From Candidatus Latescibacterota bacterium (lineage in GTDB: Bacteria > Latescibacterota > UBA2968 > SICM01): a DNA stretch of 64,000 nt. Below the pieces are notes generated by a model. The model worked only from the letters and a program-made list of their open reading frames with translations. It was not told where the DNA came from and did not search any database. The stretch is taken from assembly GCA_965217865.1 (NCBI GenBank), contig CBDCJO010000002.1, positions 3,200,001 to 3,264,000 of the forward strand, written 5' to 3'. Positions 1-11,117 of the stretch are shown piece after piece. Each line of letters begins with the position of its first letter. Position 1 is the stretch's first letter. The translations under genes and the position numbers were made by a program.

Positions 1-169
1 TACCCGTTCTGCGAACGTCCCTGACCTCTTCCAGGACCTGATCCAGTCGCTCACGCAGTTGTTCCAGAGACGCCTTTTCGCTCTCCGGCCGTTTTTCCCG
101 CTTCGTCTGGGTTTCAAGATTTTTTGACGCCGCCTGCAGTTTCTGGATGGTGGTCTGCTTTTCTAGAGA

Positions 170-293
170 CTCTGATGCTCGAAGCGCACAAATATGGTCC
201 CTCTCGTCAGCCGTAAGGTGTTTATAATTGTTTCCCATACACTTAGGATAGAACAAAAACTATCCCAAGTGTTGCACTTCCTTATTGAACTCG
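170..293 (-). mobile_element. IS30-family left end and transposase N-terminal remnant
   Basis: GTGTTGCACTTCCTTATTGAAC at 269-290 resembles an IS30 IR. The minus strand reads NNYKHLTADERDHICALRAS (IS30-type HTH start) and then switches to unrelated sequence. Confidence 0.55.
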
Positions 294-493
294 TGAGCAT
301 AAAAAAGGCCGCCATCCGATCAAATCAGCCGCGTCTTCGACGGCGGACCCCGATGTTCGGGTTGTCGCGACGGCGAAATCGGGTCAATTTTTGGAATTTT
401 TGGACTCCCTAAAAAAGGGCCGAGGCGGCCGGAGCTCGAGGCCGAGATCGTTGCGAGCGTCCAGAAGGGCCTCTCGAACAAGGGTGGCTGCCA

Positions 494-709
494 GGTGGCG
501 GGAATCAGCCAGTCGACTTTTCTGTCACTGGCTTCAGATCGGCGAGACGGCGAAGTCGGGGCGATTTCTGGAGTTTTGGAGACCCTAAAAAGGCCGGGGC
601 GGTCTCAAACCTCGCCGTCATCCAACGGGTCGCGACCGGAACGTGTGTCAACAAGAATGAGACGCCATGCAGATGCTGGCGCCGTTTCTGATCGCTCGGA
701 TCTGAAGTC
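494..709. repeat. Non-coding dispersed repeat A (inverted copy at 20181-20375; degenerate sub-unit at ~365-440)
   Basis: Direct alignment, e.g. GGCGAGACGGCGAAGTCGGGGCGATTTCTGGAG and GCGACCGGAACGTGTGTCAACA, found reverse-complemented near 20.2-20.4 kb. Confidence 0.85.
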
Positions 710-763
710 GAGGTTTTTGAGACCTCTGGAAGATAGCTCACGCCGCTTCTCTTTGCAGGAAAT

Positions 764-2020
764 CTAAGACATTACCTTAATTTCGTTAGAATAGTTCATA
801 ACTTTTTCAAAAGCTTGAGCGTATTGATCTAAAATGCCATTATCCGGTCCAGGAAATGATGGTAGCTTTAAAAGTGATTTATTGACAGCTTCAGTAATGG
901 GAAGAGAACAGTTTTCATATGACGGGACTTGATTTCCTGGGGACAACCTCAAAATTTCCTTGAAAGCCCCCTCTGTAAAAAATGGCTGTTGATGAACCAA
1001 AGGATATCTTGGAGCAGTCACTTGGCATCCTTCCTTGGTCAATGCCTCTGCAAGTATTTCAATGGGTAGAGGATGTTTAGTTTCCTCGTATCTGATTATA
1101 TACTCAAAGTATACTCTTTGAATATGATCTGGCGGCAGGAAGGTGTGGAAATCAAGGTTTTCAAGTTTTCTGGATAGGTATGTAAGATTTTTATTACGTA
1201 TTTTATTATGCTCATTTAGCCGCCTGAGTTGATTACAGCCTATGGCAGCAGAAAGAGGCGCTATCCGCGTTTTTATCCCGAAGCTTGTCGCGGCAAATTT
1301 CCGGGATGATGTTTGAAGTTCAATGATTCTTGTAATGTCTCCAAGACACACAGCTTTCTCGTAATATTCATAATTATTGCAAAGAAAAATCCCGCCTTCC
1401 CCTGCGGGGGCAAGCTTGTCTCCCTGTAGGCTAAATACGGAAATATCTCCAAGCGAACCACATGGCCTACCTCTCCAGAAAGCTCCATGGACATGAGATG
1501 CATCTTCAATGATTTTCAAGTCAAATCTTTTAGCAATGTCAAATATCTCTGTCATCTTGCTTGGAAGACCCCAAAGATGGACGACAACTATAGCACGGGA
1601 TTTTGGTGTTATCTTTTTTTCCAAATCTATCGGATCAATACCCAACCGTTCTTTCTCGCTTTCACAAAACACGGGTACAGCTCCAATCCACAACATTGGA
1701 AGAACTGAAGCCCAAAAAGTAGCGGAAGGCACCAAAACTTCGTCACCTGGTTGAAGACCGATGCTGTGGAAGGCTGCTAATAAAGCAGAGGTGCCATTGT
1801 TGTGAGCAAGTGCATATGATCGTCCGGTAAATTCAGAGTAGGCATTCTCTAATTTCCGGATAATTTTATGCGTAGAAATATTTCCATCCTGCATAACTTG
1901 TAATACGGTTTTTTCATCATCATGAGTAAGGTTGGGCCATCTGTTTGACAATTCATGGCTTATGGATACTGCAGGTATACCACCCAAGATGGCGGGAAGA
2001 TTTGTTTCACCATTGTTCAT
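764..2020 (-). CDS. DegT/DnrJ/EryC1/StrS-family PLP-dependent sugar aminotransferase
   Basis: Motifs NNGTSAL, GDEVLVP, VVHLWG, IIEDASH, FSLQGDK (PLP lysine) and GEGG. 418 aa, intact. Confidence 0.9.
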   Translation of the reverse strand: MNNGETNLPAILGGIPAVSISHELSNRWPNLTHDDEKTVLQVMQDGNISTHKIIRKLENAYSEFTGRSYALAHNNGTSALLAAFHSIGLQPGDEVLVPSATFWASVLPMLWIGAVPVFCESEKERLGIDPIDLEKKITPKSRAIVVVHLWGLPSKMTEIFDIAKRFDLKIIEDASHVHGAFWRGRPCGSLGDISVFSLQGDKLAPAGEGGIFLCNNYEYYEKAVCLGDITRIIELQTSSRKFAATSFGIKTRIAPLSAAIGCNQLRRLNEHNKIRNKNLTYLSRKLENLDFHTFLPPDHIQRVYFEYIIRYEETKHPLPIEILAEALTKEGCQVTAPRYPLVHQQPFFTEGAFKEILRLSPGNQVPSYENCSLPITEAVNKSLLKLPSFPGPDNGILDQYAQAFEKVMNYSNEIKVMS

Positions 2021-2035
2021 ATTGTTTCCCTTTTG

Positions 2036-3455
2036 TTAATGGATTTGCTCAATTATATCATCAAACCGTCCTCGAACTTTGTTTATATATTCATCTAGGT
2101 GACTATCGTGATTCTGCCCCTTGTATTCAGGTAAATGAGAGGATAACGTTTTGAGGTATTCTAAATTATCATTCTGAAAACCAAGGCCCTCTCTGGGTAA
2201 CCATTGGGAAATGTTGGTTCTCCTTCTCAAATAGTCTTCAAGAGTACAACAAAACTCATTACTAACACACCAGTCAATTGCAGGTACTTTGTCATGCAAA
2301 CCAGGGAAAGATGCCCAAGATATTTTCCCGGTTTGGTTATCAGGGCAGGGGATTTCCTTCAAACTGGGAGGGATCTTTTTAATTATTTTCTTTGTAACTT
2401 TTTCTGCCATTGAAATACATCCGCTAATTTTTCCCCCATAAATTGAAATCCATGGCAAATCAGAGTCATCAGCAATTTTATGATTGCGAGAAATATTTAG
2501 AGGATAACAGTCGGCATTAAATGTTTTCTTCACGGCGAGAGGCCGAAGGCCACAGCGGAGCGAAACAATCTTTGATTTAGCCATGAAATATTTCAAATGT
2601 CTAGACGCATGTTTTAATAAAAAATGGAGATCTTCAGGGGTAATTTTGTTTGTCCGGCCTCTCATAGCCAATAAAAACACCTTTACTGTATACATGCTTA
2701 TAGGAACTTTGGATACCAAATCGTTTATTGACATTATCAGTCCACACTCCAGCACAATTTAGGAGCATTTTTGCCTTTATTGTGCATTGATGACTTGAAA
2801 AATAATCTTTTAGGTCTAAAGACCAGAATTTGTCTTTATTGTTATAGTTCGCATCCTGAATGGAGCAGTAATTAAGGGCCAAACAGTCTTCTGTTTGATT
2901 GTAAATAATCCAATCCAGAACAAATCTGCTGTCTGACTGATTAAGGAATCCTTCTTGGTAGAGGATCGATTCTTTATCATTTTTATGGTTTATAATGTCC
3001 AGTTCCTCAAACTTTCTCTGAATGGTTGGCCTTTCTCGCCTACATTTCCCCAACAGCCAATAGAGTTGTAAGGCAAGATAGACAAAATACTTATTCCGTC
3101 CCCATTCGCTATTTGAGATATATCTGAAGTATTTTTGACTGACATGATTATTAAATGAATTTATCATTATGTCTCTGTCTTTTGAAAAATTATAGACCGA
3201 TAAAAAATCAAGATTTTTTAAATAAAGCAATCCTCCCCAAATCATCATTGCTGACGCCTGACTTGTTCCGCAACTGAAATCACCTTTGTCTATTAGAAAT
3301 ACTTTATAGCCTTGTTGACTTAGCTCTCTATAAATTGAAGCACCATTTATTCCGCCGCCAATAATAGCAATATCAAAGGATTTATTTTCAAGAACATTCC
3401 AATTTACTTGACGAATGTTCATGTGTCCTTGAATTGTATCGTTTTGAAAACTCAT
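2036..3455 (-). pseudogene. GlpD-like FAD-dependent oxidoreductase, split by internal deletion/frameshift near 2640
   Basis: N-terminal IIGGGING..DKGDFSCGTS in ORF 2634-3455. C-terminal GLRPL, YGGK and TLEDYLRRRT in ORF 2036-2755. Confidence 0.75.
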
Positions 3456-3460
3456 TGTTA

Positions 3461-3521
3461 GCCGAACGCTTTGACGATTAGCTGTGGCGCGAAGCTGTCA
3501 ACTGCATACCGTTGTGAACGC
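3461..3521 (-). other. Degenerate attC site upstream of the oxidoreductase/aminotransferase pair
   Basis: Minus strand CACAACGGTATGCAGTTGACAGCTTCGCGCCACAGCTAATCGTCAAAGC-GTTCGGC follows the short attC pattern. It ends a few bases before the ATG at 3455. Confidence 0.55.
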
Positions 3522-3689
3522 CTAGTATGGAGGTCCCGTCAAGAGGTGTGTAAATGAGGTCAGGCGGCCCGTCTGATCCTTCCCTTAGAGGACGCTTCTT
3601 CCATCTGTCGTGTCCCAAAGATTCCTTCAATAATTCCTCGGATAAAGCGGTCTGTAAACCCTGAAACGGAGCGAAGGAGTTCTAGGATT

Positions 3690-3835
3690 TAGAGACGGCT
3701 TGGCGCTCTTGACTATCATTTCCCTTGTTCGCCCGATCACGCCCTTGTCATACAAGAAAGTTGCTGGCACGACAACTGCGGCTCTTCCGTCAGGCCTTAG
3801 TGATTCCCATATATGTTGCATACAAACAGCGTCAG
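3690..3835 (-). pseudogene. N-6 DNA methylase (HsdM-like) internal fragment
   Basis: MQHIWESLRPDGRAAVVVPATFL matches the post-NPPF segment of type I methylases. Truncated by an IS3 end. Confidence 0.6.
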
Positions 3836-4670
3836 TGATATGACCCGGGAAAAGTGGACAGTGGTTTAAGCCGCTTTCTTCAGCGATAGGCGTTCAAAAA
3901 GGGCCGGGGACACATAGTTTCAGGTAAGCGTGCAGCCGCTGATTGTTGTAAAACATTTCGATGTACTCGAAGAGTTCGCGCTCTGCATGATCGAGGTCGA
4001 TCAAGTCGACGTGATACAGCCATTCGGTCTTCAAGGTTTTGAAGAATGACTCGGAGACGGCGTTGTCCCAGCAATCGGCCTTCTTGCTCATGCTTTGAAC
4101 AAACTGATGCGCGCCGACGGCCTTTCGGAAGCCATCGCAGCAATACTGAATACCTCGATCGGAATGAATCATCAGATTCGGCTGCGGTCTGCGTTGCCAT
4201 ACTGCGCGTGACAGGGCCGTGAGTACCGTTTCGTGCGCCAGCGAGGTGGTGACGCACCAGCCAACCACGCGACGTGAAAACAGGTCAATGAATACAACCA
4301 GATACAGCCATCCCGATCGACTGGACAAATACGTGATATCGCTGACCCACACTTCGTTGGGACGACCCGCGTCAAAGGCCCGGTTCAGCAAGTTCGGGGA
4401 TGCCTTCAGGTCGTGCTTCGTATCCGTGGTCACCACGAACTTCCGACGTACCTTCGACCGGAGGCCCTGACGACGCATCGAAAAGGCCACGCGGTTGCGC
4501 CTATACGGCTTTCCTTGTGCCGCCAGCGCACGGCTGATCTTCAGGCTCCCATACCGGCCACGGCTGGCCTCGCAGGCCGCTTTTACCAGGACATCCAGAA
4601 GAAGTCGTTCCTGCTCGCGCTCGCTCTCAGGGCGGGAAAACCAGCCATAGTAACCGCTTGCTCTTCGACA
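3836..4670 (-). mobile_element. IS3-family element, 5'-truncated (OrfB with frameshift plus right IR)
   Basis: PNEVWVSDITY, IHSDRGIQY and DCWDNAVSESFF DDE core. IR TGATATGACCCGGGAAAAGTGGACA at 3836. Confidence 0.9.
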
Positions 4671-4744
4671 GAGACGTGCCTCCCTTGAAGACCAGGTCCT
4701 TGCCGAACGGTGCCGAAAACAAAACGTCCAGCGTCTGCACGACC

Positions 4745-5131
4745 CAGATGCACCGTCTGGGCACAAAGTCGCAGCCGGCGGTTAGGACCGGAGGTCAGGT
4801 AGACCGGCCGCAGCGGCACCTGCGTGGTGAGGCCGAGAGCGTTCGCCGCCGCGCCACCGCAAGGGACCATGACCTCTCCCCACAACCTGGAAAGCGACGC
4901 GATCACTTTCTCGATAGCCGGTGGGCGCGCGCCAAAGCGCGTCTCAATGGGCCGCATGTAGACACCCTGGCAGGCCCGAATGAGCCGCCCCCGACGGGCC
5001 AGGCGCGACAAGGCTTGGTCGACCGCCGCCGCCCGGTTGCCGAGGTGCAATAGAGCGCTCGGGCAAAGCGGGGCGCCCTCGGGCAGTGACGCTGCATGTT
5101 GTTCTATCTGCTGAGACAAGCTGGGTATCAT
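4745..5131 (-). pseudogene. DUF6088 / AbiEi-like antitoxin, C-terminally truncated
   Basis: GNRAA.VDQALSRL...QGVY..P..TRFG and AANALGLTTQVP..VYLTSGP motifs. Confidence 0.75.
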
Positions 5132-5361
5132 CGTTCTCTCCTGTAACCGTCAGAAATATAGCATATAAACTGACATTGCGTAAGGGAATTTAGAAGAAAC
5201 CCGTGAGTCGTGTGAGAAGAGGACGGCATCTCGGCGGAGAGGGTTGGACAAGATTCGTGTCGAAGGGTTCCGTAAGCCAGTGGTCGCTCCTCCGGTGAAG
5301 TCTGGAGGCGAACCGGCCCCGGGACTGTTGGGATGGCAGCTGTTGCGGCCGGAGCGGTTCT

Positions 5362-5492
5362 GCTACTCCGGCCAGTAGCCGGACACGATCCGGTGCCGCT
5401 TGATGCCGGTCGCCTCGGCCGTATAGACCCAGGCGAGTTCGCGGGCGCCATTCACCGTGGCGGGTATCAACACGCGCCGGAAGAAGCTGGAA
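5362..5492 (-). pseudogene. Gamma-glutamylcyclotransferase-like C-terminal fragment
   Basis: Minus strand reads SFFRRVLIPATVNGARELAWVY...IVSGYWPE*. Confidence 0.5.
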
Positions 5493-5592
5493 CCGCCCAG
5501 GGCGGAAGCCCTCGAGGCGGTCTATGGGGGCAGGCGCAATTCGGGATCGTCGAAGGCGAGCAGTTCTCCGAACACGTCGCCAACCCGACCGG

Positions 5593-5698
5593 GCTGTTAA
5601 ACAAGGCCGACGGGAAAAACAGAGAATCGGAGAATCCGGAGGAGATATCTCTGCTCAACGGACGCAGTCCCCACGGTTGCGCTCGAACACCGGGGGGA
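5593..5698. repeat. Non-coding dispersed repeat B (inverted copy at 18782-18887)
   Basis: GCTGTTAAACAAGGCCGAC...GGAGATATCTCTGCTCAA...GCGCTCGAACACCGGGGGG is nearly identical to the reverse complement of 18782-18887. Confidence 0.9.
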
Positions 5699-5825
5699 AC
5701 GCTTCGAAACAGAGAATCTGCAGAGAGGGGGAGGAGACAGCACAAGCGTTTGTGAACACGACAGAAACGACAAGACCCCGAAGAGGTTGCCCCACGGGGT
5801 CTTGCGTTAACGGACGACCGCCTAA

Positions 5826-6117
5826 CCTGAATGTCGGGCGCCAGGTGGAGCAGGTTCATGATCTGCGTGATCCTCGCCCGGGTCACGCAGCCGAGGCGCG
5901 CCAGGTCCGCATAGTCCCGCAGGTCGCCCCTCCGGACCAGTCCCTCGAACCGGATCGCCAGGGCCGTCAGTCTCGATATGCGAGGCATATTCCCCGGCTC
6001 GACATTCCGGTCCTGATCCACGGGGCGGCAGCCGTTGTTCCGGCCGTTCCCGGGCTGGAACGTGAAGGATACTTCCAGGGGGCCGGCCCGGGTTGCATCG
6101 GATGGGCGACCGCTCAT
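5826..6117 (-). pseudogene. Small HTH protein typically downstream of large serine recombinases, truncated
   Basis: PRISRLTALAIRFEGLVRRGDLRDYADLARLGCVTRARITQIMNLLHLAPDIQ; overlaps the stop codon of the recombinase fragment. Confidence 0.7.
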
Positions 6118-6525
6118 CGCATGACCTCCTGTCCGTTGAGACCCGCCTTCCGGCACAGCGCCTCGATGCCGGGTGGGCGAAAGGTGACGGTCACCGTGCC
6201 GTCCCGTCCGTCGTAGCCGACCCGCTCGATGAGCAGCCGGAGTCTCCGGGCCTGCTCCCGCGGGGCCAGCGCCGCCCAGACCGGGTCGAAGATCTCCAGG
6301 GCCCGGGCCAGGTCGCTTTCATTCACGGCTTCCCGCTCAAGAGCGGGAGCCTCTTCCCGGAGAGCGGTCAGCCGCTGTTCCCGCGCTTTGGCCGCCGCGA
6401 CCTGTTCGTTCATGCCGATGCCGCGGATGTGCTCCACCACTGCGGTTTCGATCTCGTGGGCGTTGAGGGACCTGCCCGGACACGACGACCGGCCCCGCTG
6501 CCGGGCATTCCTGCAGACGTAATAT
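6114..6525 (-). pseudogene. Large serine recombinase C-terminal fragment (Zn ribbon, coiled coil)
   Basis: YYVCRNARQRGRSSCPGRSLNAHEIETAVVEHI...LLIERVGYD..VTVTFRP. Confidence 0.8.
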
Positions 6526-6698
6526 GCCGATCACCGCTTCCGCTTGCTTTTCTTTCGCCACTGGCGTTCTCGCTGCTTCCACATCCGCTTGGGCATGACC
6601 TTGCTTTCGGGAAATGGGACCTTTGCTGCCCGCAAGAGTTTAATCAGTGATGGTCCGCTTTCTTCACAAGGGTCTCCAGCTTCTCTATGAGAAGGGGG

Positions 6699-6886
6699 AG
6701 CCGCAACTGGCGCGTCGTATTCCGCTTCGAGGGCGTGCGTGTCTGCAACGTGGATTTGAATCGATTACCACCAGGAGGACCCTGATATACCGATGAAGAA
6801 TCCACCCCCATCGGGGCCTGTCCGTCCGTCACGACTGCCTGGAGCCGCTGGGACTCAGCGTGACGGACGCCGCAAAGAAGCTCGGG
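6699..6886 (+). pseudogene. HigB toxin C-terminus / HigA antitoxin N-terminus junction fragment
   Basis: SRNWRVVFRFEG..VCNVDL..DYH, then MKNPP..GLSVRHDCLEPLGLSVTDAAKKLG (both frameshifted). Confidence 0.75.
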
Positions 6887-6896
6887 AGGAATGAGA

Positions 6897-7112
6897 ATGA
6901 GAAAGTCTGTCTACGTGATACTGTCGGTTCTGATCGCCGGGATAGCATCGGCGAGGCCCAAGCCGATCGAGATACCGGAAGGTTACGAGCACGACAAGTG
7001 GAACACCGCACCTGACGATGCTATTCGTAAATTCGGGGCATTCACGAGTTCGTTCGACACCGACGACGACGACACGGGCGATGGCGTAAAGGATCTCTGG
7101 GGTATTCCCCAG
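6897..7112 (+). pseudogene. Secreted protein N-terminal fragment (possibly DNA/RNA non-specific endonuclease)
   Basis: Signal peptide MRKSVYVILSVLIAGIASA and acidic FDTDDDDTGDG..WGIP segment. The family call is from recollection only. Confidence 0.4.
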
Positions 7113-7250
7113 TCCAGGAAGAGCACAAAACGCCGATTCGAAGCGTCGAGTGCGCCAAGTTTGTCGAACAAATTTTCCACTGACCAGTCTTCGGGATTAC
7201 TGTAAACGTGTTTTTCGATGGCCGAACGAAGCGTCGGAAGACCCAAGATT
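7113..7250 (-). pseudogene. AbiJ N-terminal-domain-like fragment
   Basis: LRSAIEKHVYSNPEDWSVENLFDKLGALDASNRRFVLFL resembles AbiJ_NTD3. Confidence 0.55.
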
Positions 7251-7334
7251 TCCTTCACCGTGGTGCACTCACGACCGTGGACTTGACCCGGTTTCGTGGA
7301 TACCTTATTACTTGGCAGAAAGGAGGATGCTACG

Positions 7335-7649
7335 ATGCCGAGGTCACATTCGCCGTATCCACCGGAGTTCAAGCGGCAGATTGTAGAACTGGTGCGAGCG
7401 GGTCGCACGCCCCATGAGTTGTCCCGTGAGTTCGAGCCGTCGGCCCAGGCGATCCGGATCTGGATGCGGCAGGCCGATCTGGATGAGGGCCTCCGCAGTG
7501 ACGGTCTGATCACCGAGGAGCGGGAGGAGATCAGACGACTGCGCCGCGAGAATAGGCAGTTGCGACAGGAGCGGGAGATCCTTGCAAAAGCCGCGGCCTG
7601 GTTCGCTCGGGAGACCAACTCGGTGCCAGGGGAGTCTACGAGTTCGTGA
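7335..7649 (+). CDS. IS3 transposase OrfA
   Basis: YPPEFKRQIVELVRAG...LRRENRQLRQEREILAKAAAWFA. Confidence 0.9.
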   Translation: MPRSHSPYPPEFKRQIVELVRAGRTPHELSREFEPSAQAIRIWMRQADLDEGLRSDGLITEEREEIRRLRRENRQLRQEREILAKAAAWFARETNSVPGESTSS

Positions 7650-8506
7650 AAGCCAATCAGGCCTTCTATAAAGTAGCCACGATGTGCCGGGTCCTGGAAG
7701 TCTCCACCAGTGGGTACTACGCGTGGCTCAAGCGGCCGCTGTCGGCACGAGCGCAGGCCGATGTGGCTCTGACGGAACGGATCGTGAAGATTCACAAGTG
7801 TTCTGATGGCACCTACGGTGTCCCGCGCATATACGAGGAGCTTGTAGCCGAGGGGGAGCGGATCGGTCGCAAGCGCGTTGCGCGGTTGATGCGTGCTGCA
7901 GGCCTGGAGGGCGTAAGTCGTCGCAAACGGCATCGAACCACCTACCGTGATCGCGATGGGCGCGTCGCTGCTGACCTGGTCAATCGAGATTTCACGGCTA
8001 ACGGGCCAGACCAGCTCTGGGTAGCCGACATCACTTACATCAGTACGTGGGCCGGCTTCCTGTATCTCGCGGTCGTTGTGGACGCCTGGAGCCGCCGCGT
8101 CGTTGGCTGGGCGATGGCGACCCATCTGCGCGGCGAGCTGGTGACCGAGGCGTTGAATATGGCGCTCTGGCAACGACAGCCGGAAGCCGTCATCCATCAC
8201 TCCGACCAGGGATGTCAGTACACCTCCATTGCCTTCGGTCTACGGTGCCGCAAGGCCGGTGTCCGGCCCTCTATGGGCTCCACCGGTGACTGCTACGACA
8301 ACGCGTTATGCGAGAGCTTCTTCGCCACGCTCGAATGCGAACGCCTGGATCGCCGAAACTACCGCACACAGGCCGAAGCTCGGATGTCCGTATTTCAATA
8401 CATCGAGGGCTGGTACAACTCCCATCGGCGACACTCAGCACTCGGATATCTCTCTCCCATGAACTTTGAGCAGACCTCCAGCGCTGTTGCCCATGAAGCC
8501 GAATGA
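7646..8506 (+). CDS. IS3 transposase OrfB (rve DDE)
   Basis: WVADITY, HHSDQGCQY, DCYDNALCESFF, YNSHRRHSALGY. Confidence 0.92.
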   Translation: MKANQAFYKVATMCRVLEVSTSGYYAWLKRPLSARAQADVALTERIVKIHKCSDGTYGVPRIYEELVAEGERIGRKRVARLMRAAGLEGVSRRKRHRTTYRDRDGRVAADLVNRDFTANGPDQLWVADITYISTWAGFLYLAVVVDAWSRRVVGWAMATHLRGELVTEALNMALWQRQPEAVIHHSDQGCQYTSIAFGLRCRKAGVRPSMGSTGDCYDNALCESFFATLECERLDRRNYRTQAEARMSVFQYIEGWYNSHRRHSALGYLSPMNFEQTSSAVAHEAE

Positions 8507-8547
8507 ATCGCAACTGATAAACCGTCCGCTAAACCGGGGTAACTCCA

Positions 8548-8649
8548 ACCGCACGTGTCGAACGACAACCCTTACTCCGAGGCGCAGTTCAAGACCTTGA
8601 AGTATCGCCCGGACTTCCCGGAACACTTCGGTGGGCTCGAACACGCCCG
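8548..8649 (+). pseudogene. Fragment of a different IS3-family transposase that was the insertion target
   Basis: Joining 7266-7277 to 8552 onward gives HSRPHVSNDNPYSEAQFKTLKYRPDFPEHFG. Confidence 0.8.
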
Positions 8650-9371
8650 TTTGGGCGGACGGGATCTATTTCAACGTGCGCCTGGATAAGGATCGGCCCT
8701 TTGTGCTCGTGCTGGTCGGTGCAACGGCTGATGGCTGCAAGGAAGTCATCGCTATCGAGGACGGTCAGCGTGAGAAGCAAGCTATCCTGGCAAACCCTGT
8801 TGCGGGATCTCAAAGCACGGGGTTTGACGATCGACCCATCCCTGGCCGTGGGAGACGGTTCTCTGGGCTTCTGGGCGGCATTGGAAGAGGAGTATCCCAG
8901 ACAAAGCACCAGCGATGTTGGGTCCATAAAACTGCCAACGTGCTGGACAAGCTTCCGAAATCCGTTCAGCCCGACGCTAAGCAACTGATCCACGAAATGT
9001 ATCGATCACCGAGCCGTAAACACGCCCCGACGACCTATGATCGATTCTACGAACTCTACCAGGCCAGATATCCGAAGGCCTGCGAGTGCCTGACCAAGGA
9101 CAGGGATGTGCTTTTCACCTGTTACGATTTCCCGGCGATACACTGGCTCCACCTGCGCAGCACAAATCCGATTGAATCAACCTTCGCTACGGTCAGACAC
9201 AGGACACGTCAAACCAAAGGATGCGGATCGGTTAATGCCACGATGGCAATGGTCTATAAGCTGGCTCTCGGAGATGAGAAATCGTGGCTCAGATTACGAG
9301 GCTCAAACCTGATACAGCTGGTCGTTGATGGCACCCTGTTCGAAGATGGTGACCTGAAAAGGGCTGCCTGA
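8650..9371 (+). mobile_element. IS256-family transposase 3' part, frameshifted
   Basis: WADGIYFNVRL, QRCWVHK, HLRSTNPIESTFATVR. Near-identical overlap with 29795-30160. Confidence 0.88.
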
Positions 9372-9387
9372 TCCATTCGGATACGCT

Positions 9388-10002
9388 CACCTCGCTGGCG
9401 CACGAAACGGTACTCACGGCCCTGTCACGCGCAGTATGGCAACGCAGACCGCAGCCGAATCTGATGATTCATTCCGACCGAGGTATTCAGTATTGCTGCG
9501 ATGGATTCCGAAAGGCCGTCGACACGCATCAGTTTGTCCAAAGCATGAGCAAGAAGGCTGATTGCTGGGACAACGCCGTCTCCGAGTCATTTTTCAAAAC
9601 CTTGAAGACCGAATGGCTGTATCACGTCGACTTGACCGACCTCGATCATGCAGAGCGCGAACTCTTCGAGTACATCGAAATGTTTTACAACAACCAGCGG
9701 CTGCACGCTTACCTGGACTATGTGTCCCCGGCCCTTTTTGAACGCCTATCACTGCAGAAAGCGGCTTAAACCACTGTCCACTTTTCCCGGGTCATACTTC
9801 AAAACCTTGAAGACCGAATGACTGTATTACGTCGACTTGACAGACGTCGGTCATGCAGAGCGAACTCTTCGAGTATATCGAAATGTTTTACAACAACCAG
9901 CGGCTGCACGCTTACCTGGACTATGTGTCCCCGGCCCTTTTTGAACGGATATCCCTGCAGAAAGCGGCTTAAACCACTGTCCACTTTTCCCGGGCCATAT
10001 CA
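9388..10002 (+). mobile_element. Two tandem 3' remnants (9388-9796, 9797-10002) of the IS3 element seen at 3836
   Basis: Same coding sequence and right end CCACTGTCCACTTTTCCCGGG(T/C)CATA. The second copy is more diverged. Confidence 0.88.
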
Positions 10003-10064
10003 CGGTTGCCACTTGAGAACATCCTCAAGAGTGCGTCCCAGAGGCCCTCGGACTCACTATGGGC

Positions 10065-11117
10065 GTGCGGTTGATCGGGCCAAGGAGAAAGGGGTGAAAC
10101 TCACCCGTTCTTGCGAGATCCTACAGCTTCCCCTCCAGCGGTATTGTGCCTGGAGCCGGCGAGATCGAGAAGAGAAGCTGGATGGGGTGTCGGACCCGCT
10201 TTTGGATGGGAAGCCCGGGCCCGCCCCTGATGAGGCCCCACACGGATTGCTGAGGGAGGAGAAAGAGCAAATCCCGGCCCTCTTAAGGGATGAGACCTAT
10301 GCCGATCTGCCTCCCCATCAGCTGGCGGTGGTAGCCTCAGAGAAGGGGGTAGTGCAGGCCTCGGCCTCCAGCTTCTACCGACAGGCCAGGAAAGAACGTC
10401 TGGCACGCAGGAAACAGGTGAGGACGCCGGTCAAGCAGAGCAAGCCCCAGGTCAAACCTGAAGGTCCTAATCAGGTCTGGAGCTGGGACCTGACCTACAT
10501 CCCATTTTTCGGTTTGTTCCTGTATTTTACCGCCATTCTCGACGTGTATTCCAGGAAGATCGTAGGATGGAAGCTCTCCTTCAACGCGACCGTGGAGCAG
10601 GTCAAACAGGCCTGGGATCAAGCCCTTGCCAACGAAGGACTGCTGGACCTGGACACTGGGCCCATAAGCTTGACAGCCCTCTCAGATCACGGATCTCAGA
10701 TGAAGGCCAAATCGATGGCCCAATTCTTCAAGGACCTGGGCATCTCGCAGCTGTTTGCCCGATATCAAACACCCACGGACAACGCCTGGATCGAAGCCTT
10801 TTTCCGGACATTCAAATACGACTGGCTGCGCTTCCAGGACATCTTCACATTCCATCAACTGGAAGGCCTGATTGATTCCTTCATTCACAGCTACAACGCC
10901 GAACGCTATCACGGGGCAATACAGTATGTCACGCCTCTTCAGAGGCATAAAGGCCAGCATCAAAAGATTCTTCACCACCGACAAGGTCGAAAGGAGGAGG
11001 CTCGGCAGCGCCGCATAGAAATCAATCGGCAAAGAACATCCCAGACCATCCACAAGGCTGCCTGAATCTTGCTTGGACCTTTATCTGCTTTTCTCTTGTT
11101 ATCTCAGAATAGATACA
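10065..11117 (+). mobile_element. IS3-like transposase OrfB, 5'-truncated, with right end
   Basis: PNQVWSWDLTYI, SDHGSQM, DNAWIEAFFRTFK, YNAERYHGAIQYVTP. The ORF start is chimeric. Confidence 0.8.

Larger units (their letters stand above)
7278..8547 (+). mobile_element. Complete IS3-family element with 4-bp TSD ACCG
   Basis: IRL TGGACTTGACCCGGTTT and IRR (rc) TGGAGTTACCCCGGTTT. ACCG at 7274-7277 and 8548-8551. Confidence 0.93.

Noticed and set aside
5660-5700. tRNA-like GGTGTTCGAG motif in repeat B
   Set aside because: No cloverleaf or acceptor stem could be built.
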